Source: the human T2T-CHM13v2.0 reference genome, Homo sapiens
Direction: 5' to 3' (one strand)
Length of the DNA: 64,000 nt
Assembly: GCF_009914755.1 (NCBI RefSeq)
Contig: NC_060926.1
This document shows positions 31,177-44,460 of this stretch, in pieces. A program made the position numbers and the translations under genes. Positions within the stretch are counted from its first letter, which is position 1. Each line of letters starts with the position of its first letter. The notes below the pieces were generated by a model, which saw nothing but the letters and a program-made list of their open reading frames with translations, ran no database searches and was not told where the DNA came from.

Positions 31177-34100
31177 TTTAGGCCAGGTGATGGCTGGTAA
31201 ATTAAGCGTAAGAGAATAACTCTTCATACTCCTCCAACATTCTTCTGACAATAATAATGATTGTTTGTATATTATGGTTTTCATTTCTTTTCAACTCAAG
31301 ACATTGACCAAGTGCCTATCATGACTCAGGTACAAAGCACTGGGAATACAACCTTGAACAAGACAAGAATCCTGGCCTTCAAGGAACTTCGAACCTTTTG
31401 GGGGATATGATAAGACACATTAGGAATCACCATGTTAATGGTTATCTTTCTTGAAGGATATAAGTCCAGGTGCTTGGGGAGACCCGTAAGTGGTTAGAGG
31501 GAAGCTGCAAGGAAGAGTATCTAGGAGGTAACTAGGTGAAGAATTTTCTTCAGGGGGAAAGAAATCCATGCATAAAGTCTTGGTGCCTTCAAGAAATTGA
31601 AAGACATTTAGTGTGGCTGTAGGACAGGCAGGAAAGAGAATTTGGAAAGAGCCTGCTGGCTGCAGATGGAGATGGCCCCTATGGTTTGAAGTTTTAAGCT
31701 GAGTCTCTGCAATGGAAAGACCTTTGTCTTTCCTGTGTCCGGTGTGGGGGAGTGGACTCTTCTGGGTGAGTCACCACCAAATGCCCAGAGGTGGGTGCAG
31801 ACTTCCTTCCTGCACTGGGGTTGGGGGGACGATTGGCGCCCACTGTGCTGACCACCTCTTCATGCAGCTGCAGGTGGGGTGGGCTTTGAGGCCGGAAGCC
31901 AAAAATGAGTAGGAGCCTCCTGGTTGGGCGGGAAGTGGGGTGAGGGGGGAAGGTGTGGCCCAGGAAGAGGTTTGAAGCCTCATAAGCAAAGACTCTTTGT
32001 ATGTCTGGAGGATTGTGAGTGGGGAGGTGGGGTGGGTATGGGGGAGGAAGACAAGACCGCCTGGCCGGATGCAAGCAGGTTCCTGAGTGAAAGGTACTCA
32101 GACGGGAAATGCAAGCTTTCCTGGGGTCAGAGAGGACTTATCGTACAGTAAAGGGATTGGAGCTCAGCAAAGGTCTAGGTGAAGCTTGCTGTCCAGAAAC
32201 ATATCCTTTTGAAAAGTGACCATTCAGGGAGGTCTTAGGACTTTGTTGGTAATTTCTTCATCCTTTATAGAGCTCTGAGTAGTTGGGATGGCAGAAAGAA
32301 AACAGAGACACTTACTGACCAAAATTCTTGTTATATGCACCAATATCCAAACCCTTAAGATGTGGAAATCCTTTCTCCATGTTCCTATAGTCCTTTGCAC
32401 AAATTCCTATCATAGCACTGACTGCATTGAACAGTAACTTTCTCTATTTGAGTTTCTTTATGAGTTACTCAAAGGCAGGGGCCCTGTCTTTGTCTACTGT
32501 AATTAGTGTTTTCTTATATACAAGTGATAGAAAAATGGTTTACATTGGTTATGGTTGTTGCATGGATTCCCATGATTCTGCATGGTGGGACCCCCAAATC
32601 CCATGCTTCAGTACTTTCCTCTTTATCCTTTTGCTTTATCTTTTGCGGCTCTGCCCAGTCCTAAAGTGGCAATGGCTCAATGTGGTGTTCTGCAAAAATT
32701 TCCACTTAACTATCTGGGGCTTTTTGCTTTAGTCCCATAGAGTGTCAAGGTGATAGCTGAGCCTTGGCAGGGCTATAGTGAGAGGTGCAGTGGCCTCTTT
32801 GGGTGCCTTTCAAATCATGCCAGGCCTATACGCCTTCCACAAAGGAAAGGCCTTGTCCATGCGAATCAGTCCCTGGCATTCTCAGCTTGGTGTTGTTGCC
32901 TTCCCCAGCTGCTCACTTGCAGGTCTGTGATCTCCATGTGCCACCTCCCAGCTAATCCTCTTGGCTTGGTGCCTTTCTGGAGTAAAGGCCAGGGTCTGTG
33001 CCTCCAACTGCTCCTGAAGAAAGTGTCCCAGGGCCATGGAATCCCAGTGTCCAAAGTCTGCACACTGGATCATGCCAGCACACATGAGGTTATGGGTTAC
33101 CTGGACACATGAGACCCTTGGACTGGGTAAAAGAGGCTGGCATGCTGGAAAGCAGCATCCTGCATCTGCTGTTACCCCCAACTTGCTGCATGACCCTTGG
33201 TTACCTCTGTGCCTTACACTTGTCTTCCTAAGGGAAACTGTAGCCGAAAGACAGCAGCTAGGCAAAGCTGCGGCTTGTGTTTCTCATTGATCTCTTGCCC
33301 TTCTACCTGTGCTGGAATCCTACTCCGTCAATTATCCTCCCATTTAAAAACATTACTTACCTCTTCTTTTATACCAGGTCCTTCCCCTAAACGTACAAAT
33401 GGAATTAAATTAATCTATGTTGCCTCTCCACCCCCTGACCTCAAAATACATTAAACAAAAAAAATTCTTCCCTTGACCATGATACTCTTCTTTCCTATTG
33501 TTTTCAACTAAATTTCTCAAAAAGCAGCTATACTTGCAGCCCATTCCTCCCTTCACATTCGGTGCTCAGCCTGCTCTGTGCCTCCTGCTTAGCATGTGCT
33601 TGGTGATGAGTGGCCATGGATGGACAGTGAGTGGTTGGAGGGTGCCATGTTCTCCCTCTTGAAGAGATTTTAGTGACAATCCCATCTCCTGATTCCTTAT
33701 ACCTTCAGTCTAGGCTTTTTGCTTTGCTTTAATGGGGTTCTGTTCCCTTATTTGCTCCATGACATATGTTTTCTCCCTTCAGGCTTCTCTTAGTTCTCAG
33801 TGTTTCTCTCCCCCTTCAAGGCCATCCTTGGTGATCCTACACACCCTTATTGTCATACCTACTACCCATCTCATGATGGCATCATGGGCATCCCAGGTAA
33901 CCCCAGTCAGGTCCTTCCCCCAACTTTTGTTTTCAATTTCTATTGGAGATTTCCTCTTAGGTGATAAGGGGGCTCCTCCTCTAGTGTTGTCTTGGTTGGT
34001 AACAATACCAGCTGTCATGCAAGCTCAGGGCCTGCCCCTTCCACTCAACCTCCTGCCACCTGCCACCACACTCTCTGCACCGCACTGTCATCGGTCTTCT

Positions 34101-35564
34101 GCACAACCTTGGAAGTAACAGTGTGTCCCCAGCCTTGGGGCACTTGCACATGCTGTTCCCTCCTCCTGGAGCTCTTGTCTCCCTGTCGTATCTAGTTAAC
34201 TCCTGCTCATCCTTTATATTTCAGCACTGAGTCACTTCCTCGGTGGCTTTGCTTTATCCTGCAGAGTAGGTTCAGGCTTCTGTTTGGGTGTTCTAATAAC
34301 ATGCTTTACCTTTCTTGAATGGCTGTCATAGAAAGGTAGCATCAAATATAACTGCTGTTTGGAATCTGGTTGAAAGTGAGGGGAAGAAAAAGTCTCATAG
34401 TCAAGGGAGGAATTTTGGGGGGACTGGGGAGGTATCATAGATAAATTTAATTGCATCTTTAGGTCCAAATTTTAATTTTACATTTTTTGCATAACTATAT
34501 ATGTATGAATCATAACTGTCTTCTATCACCAGATAGAAAGCTCCATGAGGGGAAGACTTCTTTCGTTTTGATCATTATTAAATTATATTAGGTGTTCAGT
34601 AAACATGTCACATGAATCAACTAATAGCCTTTATCTTTTTCCATTCTCTGCATATGGAATACTCACAAGACCACGTTTTACCTCCTAAATATTTACCTAA
34701 CCAATACCTTCCTGTCTGTCCCCAGCATTCAAATATTCCTGCATTCATTTATCCATTCTACATGTATTTTATATGCCTACCATGTGGCAAACATTTTAAT
34801 AGAACTGATTACATAGAATTGATTTCTACCTTCATGAAGCTTTCAGGCTAGGGATAGGTAGGCTGGGGATGGGTATATATTTAAAAAGTAAATACAGAAC
34901 TAAATGTGTAATTACTACTTGGAATAAGTGCTAAGAAGAACACAACAGGGTGTAATGGGGTGGGGGTGCAAGAGAGAATGAGCTCAAGCTGATTAGGAAG
35001 ATGTCTCTAAATGACATGTAACCTGAGTGGAAGGTGAGTAGGAGTTAACTACTCACCTGGACTCATTGGTCTCCACATCCAACCTTGCTCAAGTGAACCT
35101 TTGCTACCCAGCTCGGGAGCAACACATCTAAATCCTAGTCTGGCCATATCACTCCCATATTTAAGAATCCTTGCAAGGCATGGCATCATTTTCTTCATGG
35201 CAAAGTCCAAGCTACTAAATCTTGTAGACAATGCCTACCACTACCTGACCCTGACTTAGTGTTCAAGCCTCATTTCTTACCTGTCTGAGCCTTGAACCTG
35301 ATGCCCTAACAACACAGAATTGCTTGCCATTCTTTCGCTGCATCTGAATCCTCTCCTGGGTCCTTGACTGTGTCCTCCATGCCTGGAGTGCCCGTCCTCA
35401 CCTTCTCCAGATTGATTTCCATTCATGCCTTAGGAGTCGGTTCAGGAAGCTCCCTCCTACAGAAAGTCTTCCCTGGCTTTCCCTGCCTGCTCTCTTTGGT
35501 CCTTTCTTTTAAATAAGCCAGGACATAGTCTCAGTAAGCAGAATATAAGTGCCTGTTGGTTATT

Positions 35565-35878
35565 GAAAGGAAAGAACAAAGGAAAGAAGGGAAGAAGGAA
35601 GGAAGGAAGGGAAGGAGGAAGGAAGGAAGGACAGAAAGAAGGAAGGAAGGAAAAAAGAAGGAAGGAGGGAGAGAGGAATAGAGGGAAGGAGGAAGGAAGG
35701 AAGGAAGGAAAGAAGGAAGGAAGAAAAAAAGAAGGAAGGAGGGACAGAGGAATAGAGGGAAGGAGAGAGGGAAGGAGGGAGGGGAGGAGGGAGGGGAGGA
35801 GGGAGGGAGGAGGGAGGGGAGGAGGGAGGGGAGGAGGGAGGGAGGAGGGAGGGGAGGAGGGAGGGGAGGAGGGAGGCA
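35565..35878. repeat. Polypurine (GGAA/GGAG)n tract
   Basis: About 310 bp that is almost entirely A/G on the plus strand. Confidence 0.95.
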
Positions 35879-37122
35879 GATCTACAAGTCTAGTGAAGCC
35901 CACACCTTCTTTGCCTTAAACAGAATTCTGTTTTCCACAGACACATATACTCACAGAAATGAGTTATTTAAAGAAGACGGTCCAGATTCCACAGTCCAAA
36001 AAAAAAAGAGGTTTGCCCTGCTTCTGAAGGAGTCAGGGTATGAATGCAGAGGTCTTCCTGTTGGCTCACATATCAGATCTTCAACGTCAACATTAAATGC
36101 GTGAGTGCTTGCCAGGCTCACACTGTTGAGAGCAGCTTTATGGTTGAATGTGGCAGTGTGTTCTGCAGGAGTCTTCTGTGAGATTAGTGCTACTCTTGCC
36201 ATTTTACACCACTAAGGAAACTGTCACTGACTCTAGTCTTTGGAGTCTGAGCCAAGAAGTCTTTTTCTTCTAACCTGGGCCATAGAGACTCTATGGAGAA
36301 TGATGGGAGGTGATCTACACAGACTCCTCCCTCACTGGGTTGATAGCTCTGTTGGGAAGATGTTAACATCCATCAGGGGAAAAAACCACGAGAGACAGCT
36401 CAAGCTAGGGAGGCAGAGGGTTAGCAGCAAATGCTACCCCTTCTGAGAACTCAGACATTCCAGACTCAGAGACCCCATGAGAAGTTTCTGACTCAGGACT
36501 GTGTAGGCAGTGCTGCATGCATATGCCTGCCAGGGCTCAATCAGTAAAAAAAAAAAAAAAAAGTTCTCCAGTTCTCATTGTCAAGGAGCTCAGTACTGTG
36601 TTCAAGGCCAAGGACATGATCAATCCAGTCTTAAAATCTGGTTTCCTCAGATCTCTTCTGGTATCAGCCAGGGCTTGGTCAGAGGACAGAAACCTTCCTA
36701 GGTATTTCAACAAAGGGGCTTTAATATGGGGAATTGTTGTCTGGTGTTGGAGGGCTGTAAGAGCACAAAGGAAACACTGAAATAGCCCAGAGATAGTAGC
36801 TACAGGAAGCAACCACTGCTCCTCAGCCTGGAGGAATCAAAGGGAAGAAACTGGAGTTATCAGAGCTACATGTTTAGAGGAAGAGCCTGTGGAGCTGGGG
36901 ATTGGATCTCCGAAGGGCTGGCTCATCCCAGCTATTGCTGGGGGCATGTGAGGCTGGCTCTGGGAGAGCTGAGAGCTGGAATCTGATTCAACTACTGCTG
37001 CTGAGGTATTGGCTGACAAGAGCCACATACAACAACAAGAAGAAAGTCCTTCCACTATCCTTTAAACTTCTACTACTTGCCGGGTGGCCCATTTATCAGT
37101 CCCTCATATATTCTATTATTCT

Positions 37123-37167
37123 ATATATATATACATATTCCATATATGGAATATATATGTGTGTGTG

Positions 37168-37216
<49 letters not shown>
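37123..37216. repeat. Compound (TA)n/(GT)n microsatellite
   Basis: Seen directly. Confidence 0.93.
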
Positions 37217-37217
<1 letters not shown>

Positions 37218-40200
37218 GAATAACACCCAAACTGAGAGGTAGCTTTCAAATCTGTCCTCTTGCCCTGATGAGTGGGTGAGGTTCATGTATTCATTTATTT
37301 CCATTCCTTAAAGCTATATGGAGGAGAGAGTCAGAAACCCCTGCTTCACCTCTGACTAACTTATTACTTTGGCATGAATTTCTGTCACTTCTTTCTGTCT
37401 TTCCTTCTAAGTGTGCCAAGTGATCTAAATAACATGGTGCACGTGCAGCACCTGACACAGGACCTGGGCTTCAGTAGACCGTCCACAAATGTTAGCCATT
37501 ACCCTCACCACTGAGACCCACCATTTCCATAACAGGCACTGTTCCAGGTTCTGGGGACATAGGGGGATGAAGAAAGATGGGTCTCTGCCCTCTTGGAGGT
37601 TATGGTTTTATGGGAAGATTCTTTTTGTAATGATTTCAAGTTAATTAACTTATTTATTAGCAAATGGCAAAGATCCCCCACCCCTATCTGCCCCTCTTCT
37701 TGCCTGGATTGATTTCTCTTCTCTCTCTTCTAAAATCCTTAGTAATGATAAAAGGGCAGGGTTCTGGGATGCCTGGAGGGGTAGGAAATAATCCCAGCTC
37801 CTTCTTTCCCCTTCTAGTGCCCATGACTAGGCTGTTACCGATTGACTCCTAGCTTGTTATTGTTGCTGTGTGCTGGTCTTTGGGGCTCTGTTTCCCTGGT
37901 GGGGTGTCTATGCTCTTTAATGCATCCCAGGAGGATCCTAAGATGTGAGGCCATGAGGACCAACGCCAGCTCCTTGTCTACTACACTCTGAGGCTCAGGC
38001 AGATATAAGAGGGTCTTCCAATCGAATGTGATATTTGGCTTCCTTAGATGCTTCTGCCTTAGATCAGCCCAGAGGGTGGCTGTGGTGGAAGGCTTAGCAT
38101 TATTATTTCATCCCCAATAGTGAGAGGGAGCTGGGGAGGGACAGGGGAGGGAGATAGAGGATGGATAAAGAGGTTTCCCTTGGATTAGACTCTGTCTGGG
38201 AGAGAATCAAACTAGGCTCGTATTTCACCAATGCTGGACCTAAAAGAAGAGGAAGTGGGGGAAGGAGGGAGGAAGAGCTATCTTTAGTACCCAGCCCCTC
38301 TTCCCCATTAGTCAATGCCTAAGAATAATAATCATAGCCAGTATTATGGGAGGTGCTTATTTTTGGGCCAAGCTGAGTATTTTAAATGCATCTTTTCAAT
38401 TAATTCTTATAATAACCCTTTGAGAAATGAAGTACATTATCATTTTATTGATGAGAAGATGAGGAACAGATTCGGCATGTAACAGGTTCAAGGCTCCACC
38501 TTTACAAAGTGGCATTACTGAGACTCAAGCTGAGAGCTCTCAGATGCCATAGTGAATGCTCTGCACTGCTTACTTTTGCCCACCCACCTCCGGCGCCACC
38601 CCTGGCAGCAGCACTGTATTCCAGGAATAGCCAGACCCCGCCCTAAGAGCGAATATGTCCTTTCGTCACCTACCAAGTATGGGTGCTTTCCAAAACACAC
38701 TTCCAAGTCCTCTCCAGCTTTTCATTTTCTTGGGGCCTAATTTTTCCTTTTTAAATTTTCTCCAGTCAGAGAGGGCACCTAATTCCTTTATTTCCCTTTA
38801 CTCTTGTGTACTGGCTGGTTGTCCTCCATTCTCTTTGTTTACATCCATCGCTGCCTCCTTTCTTCCCAGTCTTTCCGGCTCTGGGTTTGCATCCCTGCCC
38901 TCAGTGTCTCCCAGTTTCCTTGCTTTCTTTTATTTCCCTCCTGATTGCTGCCTCCCCAGTTCTTACCAGCTCTCTGTCCCAGTCCTTTCCTGTCAAAGAT
39001 GGCAGACTCCTCCAATGCCACCGCTCCCCTACCCATCTGCCCGGAGTCTTCCCTTCTCTCTCCCTCCCTGCTGGCTCTTTTGGCCATCCCCCTTCCCTGC
39101 ATAATCTTTATTGCTTGCATGACTGCTCAGGTTCTTTATCCCATCTTCCCCTCAAAGGCATTCGCAGCTCCGCTGTTATTCTTGTATTAGCATTGAACCC
39201 ATTAAAGCTAATTTGTTTGCCCTAATCTCCATTTATTTTTCCCTAGTTGATATTAGATTTCCCTTTCTATTGCTCCAGCATGATTTTCTCTTTGTCTTCC
39301 TAATGGTCTACCCCCCTCTCTCTTCCTCTATTAATCTGGTTGGCTTCACTGTGTGGTTTCAAGGCCTTTCTCCGCCTCCCCCAGCCCTTAGATTAACCCT
39401 GTCACCTCCCTCCCAAGAAGGGCTTCAGTGTGTGGATTTTTAGGGATGGAGCTGCTTCAAATGTCAATAGACCTCTAAGCTCCTTAAGAAAAGTACTACT
39501 TGACATGAGGCCCTGCCTTTTCCTGGAGCCAAGCTGGAGACCTTGGGAGCACAGGGGCCAGAGAGCTTGAGGCAAGTGAGACACACATGGGCTGCTCTGA
39601 GCCTGAAGGTCACCAAGTCCAAGGGTTCCCTGGGTAGGGTTGCCTTTGGTGCTGTCTCAGAGATTTCTGGAGGTCTCTTCACGCTGTCTTAGATCCTATA
39701 AATTATATCAGCAATATAAGGTATATAAAGTAACAGCAGATGAGCCACTTTCTCCCTCTGAGATTGGGCACCATTTCCCAAGCAGGGGACTCACTTCCTT
39801 TCCTTCCTGCAGGAGTGATGCTTCCCCCTCTGTGAATGTGGCTTTGGGTATGGCTAATCCACACCCTGCACTCTGGCCTTCAGAAGCCCAGGGAGAGAAG
39901 CCTCCCAGAAGCAACCTTCCAGAACCTTCTCCATCCTCCCACCGACCTCCCCAGCCCCTGTCCTCTCTTTGAATCTCGTTGTCAAGTTCTTCCCGCAGAC
40001 ACCTGGCTCCTTGAGGGGAGGTGCAGCTTTCATCTGACCATGCAGGCGTGCTTTGCAGTGGGTAGAGCAGTGCTTTCCTCCTCCCAGCTGCACACTGGAA
40101 TCACCTGGAGAGTCCAGAAACTTCCCGCCTCAGGTCAGTTCAGTCAGAATCTTTTGGCATAGCATCCCTGAATCTGTATTTTTAAAAATCTCCTCTGTTG

Positions 40201-41403
40201 ATAGCCTAGAGTTTATATCTACTCTGTGGATGTCAACAAACACTTATCGAAAGCATTAATTGATGAAACATGAACTTCTAGTCAGGGGCTGCAAATGGAG
40301 CTTCCCAGTGCTCCCTGCAGGTTTACTAGAGGTCATTCTTCCCAGATCCTTCCCACTGAGCTTCCTAGACACTTGCAGACTCCTGGCATCGCACACCAGG
40401 GCTGTGGAAGGGCCCTCTGGGCTGCAGAAGGAAGGTCCAGGGTCTCTGCGTTTGGGGAGGGAAACAGGCAAGGCAGGTATGGCAGCACCTGCCGAACACG
40501 CGTTTAGATGCTTAGCGACTGTACAAGTTACTGCACTACACCCTCAACTCCCCCTGAGGTCAGAGGCCTGTGGCTACTAATGCTTTTTTTTTAATGGGTT
40601 TATATTAAAGCAATTTTCAGTACATTAGATTTCAATTCAGTGAGCACCTACTCTGTGTCTAATAATATTCCAGGCTGTGTGTATGTGGGGTGATGGTTTC
40701 TGAGTAGAAGACAGTCCTTGCCCTTGAGAAACTTACAAGTTAATAGTCCCTGACATATTATAGAACCTTAAAGATTTTCAACACATTTACATGCACAGTC
40801 TCCTTCAATTCTGTCCACAAGTAGCTCCGTGGAATATCTGTGGAGGTGTGTATATGGGTGTCTGTGTGAATGTGTGTATGAATGAGTGGGTGTGGGGGTG
40901 TGTGCTCATGTGTGAGTATGTGTGTGTGTTGGGGATGGGGATGGATAGTAAAGGACATAAAGTACTGGTAGGTTCTACAGCTCAAAGTTATAATACTATA
41001 AATGTGAGTTTAGTGGGCACTGATTTAAAAATCACTCAGAGATGGGTAAGGAGGGAAATAGAGGGATGGTGAGAAGAACCCCTGCTGAGGGCAGGAAACC
41101 ATGAGAGTAGGGGTAGGTAGGGAGGATGGGGAGAAGGGGGAATAGGAAGGAAATAACAGCTGTAGCTGGGGTGACTGCAGAGACTGAGAAGCCAGAGGAA
41201 CTAGGGAATATTGAATATAATGAAGTCACATAAAGATGCCTCCCTCACCCGGACAGTTGAACTAAATGACCTCTAAGTTTCTTTTGAAGGCTGAGATTCT
41301 TTGCTTCTGAGATCTTAACTAGGATACAACCTGATGGGCTTGACTAGCTCATGGAGGAGGCATTTGTAAAGGGTGGGCTTTAGCCTGAATTAGGGCACGT
41401 TTA

Positions 41404-41471
41404 GAGAGAGAGAGAGAGAGTGACTGTTTTGTGTGTGTGTGTGTGTGTGTATGTGTGTGACTGTGTGTGTG
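41404..41471. repeat. (GA)n and (GT)n microsatellites
   Basis: Seen directly. Confidence 0.93.
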
Positions 41472-42375
41472 AGTTGCAGAGTCTTCAGGGTGGGGGACAG
41501 AAGGAGGGCCTGGCCATCCTGGGGACCATAACAGGTAAGAACAAATGAAGGGGAACCGCCTTTCTGAGGGACACACAGGAGCAAAATCTGTGACAAAACC
41601 GTGCATCTGTTGTTTCCACACCTGTCGATAGCAGGCACCATGGCGAAGGAGATTATCCACTCTAAAAGCTGCCCTCACTGCTGCAGAAGAAAAGGGGAAG
41701 GGACAGAGGCCAGCAGATGCAGCCTGCAGGCTGCAGTTTCTGGAGAGGAAACAGGGGGTGCTGAGAATTAGGAGGCCTAGGTTCTGCCCACTCTGTGACG
41801 ATGCCAGTCTGTGCCTCAGTTTTTTCATCTGGCTTGACAGAAGCAGATGATCCTTCCAGTCCTAATGTCTACAACTCTGGGACTGCCCTCAGCCGGGGAA
41901 CAGAGGCCAGAAACCCCCAGAAGCTGGTACAGAGAGAGCTCTAGAGGGAAACATTGAGTAACCTTCCTATGTGACAAAACACCAGGGGTGACACTGGGCG
42001 TGCCATAAGATGAGGGAAGGTAGCACACAGTGGGGCCTATGGGCTGCCACATGACTTGCATGGTAACAAAGTGGGCTGCCACGGCTTACAGACTATGAAG
42101 GTGGATGTGCACAGTGTCTGTGGAGTGGCAGAGTTGCAAGGCACACTTCTGAGAGGATCCTTGACCAGGAAGGAGAGGTGAGCTGTCTAATGTCACAGAT
42201 TCACCTCATGGCAGAACCAAGAAAGAACCTCAGCGTTCTGACCTAAATCCCTGTCTTAGCCCTTTGGGAGCTTAGTGGCTTCTTGGCTGGGGCCATGTTG
42301 GTAGAGTGGAGGAAGAAAGTGAGGTTTGCGCAGAACATGTCCTGAAGCAAGTCATGCCCTGAAAGATTTTAGGTT

Positions 42376-42680
42376 TTTTTTTTTTTTTAGACAGAGTTTC
42401 ACTCTTTCACTCAGGCTGGAGTGAAGTGGTGCGATCTCGGCTCACTGAAACCCTGCAACCTCCGCCCCACCCGGGTTCAAGCAATTCTCCTGCCTTCAGC
42501 TTCCCAAGCAGCTGGGATTATAGCCGCCCACCACCATGCCCAGCTAATTTTTGTATTTTTAGTACAGACAGGGTTTCGTCATGTTGGCCAAGCTAGTCTC
42601 GAACTCCCAACCTCAGGTGATCCACCTGCCTCGGCCTCCCAAAGTGTTAGAATTACAGGCATGAGCCACTGTGCCCGGCC
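42376..42680 (-). mobile_element. Alu (full length)
   Basis: Reverse Alu consensus with TSD GATTTTAGGTT. Confidence 0.95.
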
Positions 42681-42729
42681 GATTTTAGGTTCTTGTATCA
42701 GCTTGTTTGCTTATCCTTTTTGTTTTCTT

Positions 42730-42866
42730 AAGTGTTTTTTATTTTTTGTAGAGAGGTGATTTTGCTATGATGCTCAGGCTGGTCTTGAACTCCTGGGCTC
42801 AAGCAATCTTCTGGCCTCAGCCTCCCAAAGTGCTGGGATTACAGGTGTGAGCCACCATGACTCGCC
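42730..42866 (-). mobile_element. Alu monomer (FLAM/AluJ-like)
   Basis: Single left-arm-like unit: GGTCTTGAACTCCTGGGCTCAAGCAATC...GTGAGCCACC. Confidence 0.85.
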
Positions 42867-43108
42867 TTTTCTAAGTGTTGAACCTGGACTTCAGGCTCTC
42901 TTTGGGGGATTCTGGCTTGGGAGGGGGAGTCCCCTTCTCTGTTGGAGCAATAGGAAAGGTTCTGGAGGATGGATGTCACCTTCCCCTTCTTTTTCTGTCA
43001 GCTCCAAATCAGAGCTTCTGCAGCGGTGTTGCTCAGACCCAAAGCAGCTGAGAGTCAAGTCAGGGCTGGGTGGGGACTGAAACGGACTAAGGAGACACAA
43101 TACTTAGG

Positions 43109-43520
43109 TGTTATGAATTGAATAGTCTCTCCCCTGTCTCCACCCACCACCCTAGCACCTTGGAAACAAGGTCTTTGCAGATGATCTAGTTAAGGTGAGG
43201 TCATTAGGGTGGGCCTAATCCAATATGATCAAGTCCTTGTGAAAAGGGGAGATTTGGATACAGAGATAAAGTGAGAAAGCCATATGAATATCAGAGTTAT
43301 GCTGTCACAAGCCAAGGAATGCCAAAGACTTCTAGCAAACCACCAGGAGCTACGAGAGAGGCACAGAACAGATTCTCCTCCAGCCTCAGAAGGAAACAAC
43401 TCTTCTGACCCCTTGATTTGACACTTTTGGCTTCCAGAACTGTGAAACAATAAATTTCTATTATGTAAGCCCTCCAGTTTGTAGTACTTTGTCACTGCAG
43501 CGCTAGCAAACGCATGCACA
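43109..43520 (+). mobile_element. Solo MaLR LTR (MLT1-type)
   Basis: TG...CA termini and typical motifs GGTCATTAGGGTGGGCCTAATCCAAT, GCCAAGGAATGCC and CCAGAACTGTGA..AATAAATTTCT. Confidence 0.85.
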
Positions 43521-44333
43521 GATCAACAGAGTTTTAGAGCTTTAGCCCTGAATTTCACACAGCAGGCTTGGGCAGCCCCTGGAGGCTGCTCTCCTAGGGT
43601 AACTGGCTGCCCCTCCAGTTCCCTCCAAATGACTCTTAAGTGTAAGGCAGGTTCAGTCAGTCAAGTAGAGGGTAAAATCCTTTCTAATAGCTTACCCTCT
43701 TTTGGTGAAAACCTGTTTCTCTTGACATTACTATACTTGCTACCATCTTGTTCATCATCTTGTTCTCCATTTGTGATCCTTGCATCATGTGGCAATGTTT
43801 TGTTTTGTTTTGTTTTGTTTTGTTTCAGTGAAAGAACATCAGTGTATCAGCACAGCAAATATTCCAAATGCCAGGCTGGATTCCCTCCAATTACCAGGAC
43901 CTCCAGGCTTCTCCTCCTTTCAAGAACTTTCTGACCCTGGATCCAGTCTAAATGTTGGTTATAAACTCACCTGACATCCACAGGGCCCTTCCAAAATACT
44001 GTCAAGTAAGTGATTCTTAAATTTAGTTCAACAAACACCAGTTGTTGGACTTGGTTGCATCCAGGATTAGTTTTCACAACAATCCCATGAGGTAGGTGGG
44101 GCTGGCACTTTGCCCCATTTTATAGATAAAGATGCCATCTCGGAGGCTCAAATGGCATGTGCACAGCCAGTTAGGGGCAGACCTGAGACTGCATTCAAAT
44201 CTGATCTGCTTCTACCCATAGCCAGATGGGAGATCTCTGGGAGGAGGAGGCACAGTGCAAAAAGAAGGGCTGTGCCCCCAGCAGGCAGGCATGAGGGACT
44301 CCACATGGGAAAGACTGTGGGTGGGCTGTAGAT

Positions 44334-44460
44334 CAGTGTTTCTTAAATGCTGATCATAAAAAAATCCCTGGGAGCTTGTGAAGGATACAGATTCCAGGGC
44401 TCCATATTTGCTAACAAAAATCCCAGGAGGTTTTGATATAGACCACACTTGAGAAACAGT
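44334..44460. mobile_element. MER5-like MITE (short)
   Basis: CAGTGTTTCTTAAA ... GACCACACTTGAGAAACA terminal inverted repeats. Confidence 0.65.

Noticed and set aside
35457-35919. Pro/Ser/Leu-rich and Gly/Arg/Glu-rich ORFs on both strands
   Set aside because: They arise because the polypurine repeat contains no stop codons.
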